Below are positions 59,571-64,000 of a stretch of DNA of 64,000 nt, in pieces; position 1 is the stretch's first letter, and every line of letters starts with the position of its first letter. The notes beneath the pieces were generated by a model, which was not told where the DNA came from, searched no databases, and saw only the letters and a list, made by a program, of their open reading frames with translations. The stretch is from the NCBI GenBank assembly GCA_002269645.1, contig NIVC01003611.1, forward strand, positions 1-64,000. The letters run 5' to 3'. A program made the translations under genes and the position numbers. The DNA comes from Macrostomum lignano. Lineage: Eukaryota.

Positions 59571-62111
59571 GGTATTTTCGGTTTTGTTTGGCTCAAGATT
59601 TGCTGCAAGAAAGAAATCTGTTAATATTTTCGTTGTCTCTCTCCAGGGGTAGTATTTTGTTAATCTGTTTAGGAGTTTTAATCAGCTGCTGTTAATGTCT
59701 TTAACTTTGAAGTTCGTACTGCTACTCGCTGCTGACAGTCGATTCGGGAAAGTAATATATGAAGTGGATTTTATCGGCGCCCTTGTTGATTTTTAAACGA
59801 CGGTGCCCTCTGAGTCTCCTGCGGTCTCGGTGTCTCGCTGACTCCCTGGCATATTAGTCTGCAGTTACCAATTTTACCCCAGCAACTATTGCAACCCCCC
59901 ACCTGACCACGCGACAAGGCAGCTGCCCCTCCTTTGCATGCCAGTTATCCGCTCCCGAATTTCTCAGCGCAAGCTTCTGTTTGTTGGTGTTGTATACCGT
60001 TCGCACCCAGGTTGAATATGTGCCCCAGGGCTTGCTATAGTTATCATTCATACACCAATCACCATTTCGCAGTCGCATGCCGGGGCGCGCAGGTCTGCAT
60101 TTATTGTGCTAAGATTCGTAGCTCGTCTGACCTGTCCTGTATTCTCGCCTCGGCGTGCGGACCGGCTGTCCCCCCTATTCGATACAATTAATCAATACAA
60201 ACTTAATATGCTCGAGTGCGAGTTTGCTAAAAAAATCATTTGTTACTTTAAAAATGCTGAAAATAAATTTGTTTCAATTTGTTCTTTCTTATAACCGAGT
60301 GCGATGGAGTTAAGCTAAGTTGGCTGCGGTTAGTACGCAACTGATAGCTGAATAGGCTAGAAATTTTTGCAATGAGAAAATTGCAGTGAAATTGTGTTGC
60401 CACATATAATACTACTGTTACTAAGTAGCCTAGTAAGATCCTATTTTGTTCAACATAGATTTCTTTGTTTCGACCAGGCTAGCCAAAAACCCAGCGTTTA
60501 AAACCAATTCTTAGAAATTTTCACTTCCCTAGCTAGATTTTGGTCCGCTTCGAGTCGCAAAGTAACGTACTATGGGCCGTATGCAGAAAGCTCTGTCTAG
60601 GGTAGTCCGGTCTTGAAAAGCTAGTGAGTTTTCTACACAAGAAACTACAAAAAAACTACAAATCAGTTTCAAATTGGCAAAACAAACTAAAACGTTTACG
60701 GACGCTGGGCGCTGAAAGCAGCCTGGCAGAAGCATAGCAAATCCTGCATCTTTTTGTTTGCCTTGGTTGCGAAGGAGCTTCTCGGTAGGCGAGTCACTTT
60801 CTACCATTTCCAGTGAGCTCCAGTAGTGCGCAAATACTGCCTTCCTTCGACTTGTTTGCGACTGTTCGTGTGCGTGGGACATAAATGATCCTCGTATTTA
60901 CCAGTAAAAGGCAAATATTCATTCCATTTGACGCGCAAAATTTTGGCCTGACGAAGAGCCCAGAGAGGCATAAAACCGATTTCCTTTTTTTTTAAGTACT
61001 AAAATTTAAAGCCTTTAAAACTAGCCCTTGGTTTTGGGAGCTCATAGTTCTACTGAAGCAGTAAGGTAGCAAGTGGCCATTGACACCCATTGGCGGATGA
61101 CGAAGTGTCCAGAAACCAACCTCCATGCACGGGTTGTATTTGAGGACACAGCTTTTTTTCTTGCTACTTCTTATTTTGCGAGCAGTTCAGGCCGGAGCTT
61201 AACTTTTCATTCTCTGCAGCAGTCGTTTGGGCATGGGCACCACAAAGTTGAGACTTCGGTTCGCAATTTCGCGCAACTGGTCGGCCGTAATACCTTTACA
61301 GCTGTCTTAGAATCGCACGAAAGTCAGCAACCACTTGAATTGATCGCGATTCAAGCGTCTCGGGCTTTTGAAAGCGGAGCGTGCTGTGGAAGTCATCAGT
61401 GCACCAGTGGTCATGCAGCCGCTAACTTTGTTCAGGACCATGTAAAAGTGCATCCCTATGAGCTCTCTCATCTCGTGGGCAGTGCAACCTCTTTAGCGAG
61501 GTTGTCGGCGAACTGCCGCTTGCTTCCAGAGTTGGTCCAACCAGCCGGGCATTGAAAGAGCCTAAAGAGAGTAAGAAGGCAGCTTCGTCCTGCTCCATTT
61601 CTTCAGGAACTGAAACTGCCGGACTCAAAGCTGCCTGTCCGATCAATGCAAAATCCGTTGGCGGCTCCTCGGGACCAGGCTCGATGAAGTGCGGTTCAAC
61701 AGACTTCTCCGTTTCCTGGAGTTAAAAAAGCATCGGAAGCGTCAACATTGGTCTCTGCATCTTTCACCGCCTTGAGTCAACTCATTACCCAAAATACTTC
61801 TTCACCCAAACTCTTCGTTGAACCCGGCTTCGTAATTGAGAGCTTCATCTTCTTCGCTTTTATCCAACATCCTGCGATAATCCATTATTTGGATTCTTTT
61901 TATAGAGCAATAGTTTGCAATTGAATTGACCGCAGATCCAGATTTTAGACTAACTACGCGTATAGGCTCAAGCGAGGGAGCAAATACAGAAAAGCACGTG
62001 CGTTTGTTAATTTTCTTTCAACCCATACGATTTTACCTCACCCCCCTCAGCCAAGTCACACCTTATATTTCAATGCCCCAGAGGGTTTTCACAAAAAACT
62101 AGGAACTGATC

Positions 62112-62808
62112 CAAGGACGACTTAAGTAGAAGGACGGGAAACCTCGTTTCTTAGAAAATTTTTGAAGGCACTTTTTCCCGAAAAAATACACTGCGGAGAT
62201 AGGAAATTTTCATTTTTTCAGCACAAAAATTGCTATAACTTTTGATAGGAGGCAGATCCAGTGTTGATCTTTTGATATGTTGTGCCTTTTTTATTGCTCT
62301 ATCGATATTTATAAAGCTTTCTGTTCAGAAAATTAGGATTCTATGTTAATTTTTTATTCTACGTATATTTTCATGTGTCTTGTGCTTGAAATACATTAGA
62401 ATGCCACGGCTTGGCTCTTTGATTTTATGAGTCTATTTTATCCTTCTTACCTGACTGTATAGCAAATAGTCGTAACATAGATGATAAAATAGATTCATAA
62501 AACCAAATATTAGAGCTGTGTCATGCATTTTTGTGATTTTTAGATACAGGAAATATACGTAGAATAAAAATTAACATAGAATCCTAATTTTCTGAACGGA
62601 AAGCTTTATAAATATCGATAGAGCAATAAAAAAGGCACAACATATCAAAAGATCAACACTGGATCTGCCTTCTATCAAAAGTTATAGCAATTTTTGTGCT
62701 GAAAAAATGAAAATTTCCTATCTCCGCAGTGTATTTTTTCGGGAAAAAGTGCCTTCAAAAATTTTCTAAGAAACGAGGTTTCCCGTCCTTCTACTTAAGT
62801 CGTCCTTG
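62112..62808. mobile_element. 697-bp non-autonomous foldback DNA transposon, ~258-bp terminal inverted repeats, 8-bp TSD AACTGATC
   Basis: CAAGGACGACTTAAGTAG...CTACTTAAGTCGTCCTTG. TSD at 62104-62111 and 62809-62816; only ~2 mismatches between arms. Confidence 0.92.
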
Positions 62809-62877
62809 AACTGATCGTGTACAATTGTGCACCACATAGTCCAGCAAAACCATAGACTGTAGACATAGCTGTTGTCT

Positions 62878-63170
62878 ATGGTAAGCCTAGTGGTTAGAGC
62901 ATTGTACTCATGACTTGAAGGTCGGGGGTTCGATTCCCGATTCCACTGGAACAATTTGTGTCCTTGCGCAAACTCTACATTGCTTCAGTTCACCCAGCTG
63001 TAAAATGGGTGCCAGCATTAGCTGGGGGTAATTGTGGGTTGGTGTGGCGACCCCCCAGTCCATGGACTGAACAGCCGTACGCAGCCTTCAGATGCGCCGC
63101 GCAATACTCTTAGCTGCGGCTGAGCTTTCGGTTGCACATCTGGCCCAATTGGGGCAGGTGTAATTAATTA
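62878..63170 (+). mobile_element. tRNA-derived CORE-like SINE (same family as 4574-4864)
   Basis: A box AGCCTAGTGG, B box GGTTCGATTCCC, shared body and 3' end GGGGCAGGTGTAAT followed by an AT-rich tail. Confidence 0.8.
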
Positions 63171-63644
63171 TTATTACTATGGTAAGCGAAAGATATTCAT
63201 TGTTGATTACGTTGTCCCTTTCTGTCTCTTCTGTATCTGCACGTTCAGTCACGAATATAGGAGTGCCGCTCATTGCTAACAGAATGTCTATGGTAAGCAG
63301 TGCATGCCATTCTGGCAGGAACGGAGATTTTCGAAACCCGATCAGGCAGGAAGAACCTCCGTTTTTTTAACTCAGCCAGTGTTTGCTGTGGTCTCAGCTT
63401 GGTCCAGCTGATGCTAGTCTCATGCCAGTCTGTTTGCCCGAATCTCTTGATTCCCAAACCCTACGCTACCTATCATAACACTATCTCTCCCGAATCTACC
63501 GGTACCATGTACCTATCAAATCCCTGGAGTCCTACAAATGGTTAAACCAAAATTTCGCGCACCTCTTATTCACACAAATTTGCTCACCTACGGTCGATAT
63601 TTAGATGATTCAATCTACTATTCTCCCAGAATCCCACACGAAAC

Positions 63645-63760
63645 CCTCCCCCTAAATCCCATATAAAACTCTCCCTGAATCCCATATGAAACTCTTCCTG
63701 AATCCCATATTAAACTCTCCCTGAATCCCATATGAAACTCTCCCAAAATCCCAAATAAAA
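63645..63760. repeat. Short degenerate ~23-bp tandem repeat (CTCTCCCTGAATCCCATATGAAA)
   Basis: 4-5 units. Confidence 0.7.
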
Positions 63761-64000
63761 TTCTAAATCTCATCTAATTCCAATAAAATCCTATTTGAAG
63801 ATCTCACAAAGTCCCCTACAAATTTTCCTGGACGCGCAGTGCAAATTCGCCTTTACTAGCTCGGGGACTTGCACTGTCCATTCGTGCTGATTTCAGTCGG
63901 CTCGACTCGAAGTCGAAGCGCAACTTTTTCGGAATTACCTTGATTTATTCGAGAAAGTGAGCTGTACTCGCACCTGCTCAAGAGATGTCAGGCATGGAGT

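Noticed and set aside
61073-61646. ORFs possibly from a transposase remnant
   Set aside because: Multiple stops on the minus strand and no DDE, RT or other recognisable motif.
62878-62950. tRNA gene
   Set aside because: The A and B boxes belong to a SINE head; there is no complete cloverleaf and the sequence continues into the SINE body.

Overview
This is a repeat-dense animal genomic window. GC-rich exons, poly-Q/A tracts and minisatellite-filled introns resemble the flatworm Macrostomum, but the organism is an inference. Four genes can be assembled by hand. (1) A minus-strand TRIM-NHL gene (RING, B-box, NHL) with two single-base frameshifts at CCC runs. (2) An intronless 928-aa ICE1-like ORF with nine RFX X-boxes tandemly arrayed just upstream. 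(3) A three-exon NALF/FAM155/Mid1-family NALCN auxiliary subunit gene whose first intron holds a 413-N gap and a ~6 kb duplication that is probably artefactual. (4) A complete nine-exon MORC2-like GHKL ATPase/CW-finger gene of 956 aa. Part of a possible fifth, membrane-protein gene lies at the left edge. The most unusual feature is a sharply bounded ~11.3 kb AT-rich domain (40385-51650) that is almost free of CpG and is flanked by tandem arrays. It contains MORC exons 1-3 twice, with a ~0.9 kb CpG-retaining, promoter-like window between the copies. Repeats inside it record C-to-T decay at CpG and apparently also at CpA/TpG (to TpA). This suggests a locally methylated or RIP-like hypermutated domain over the 5' end of a silencing-factor gene. 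SINEs, MITEs, a recent foldback element with an 8-bp TSD, a Helitron-like element and many minisatellites are also present.
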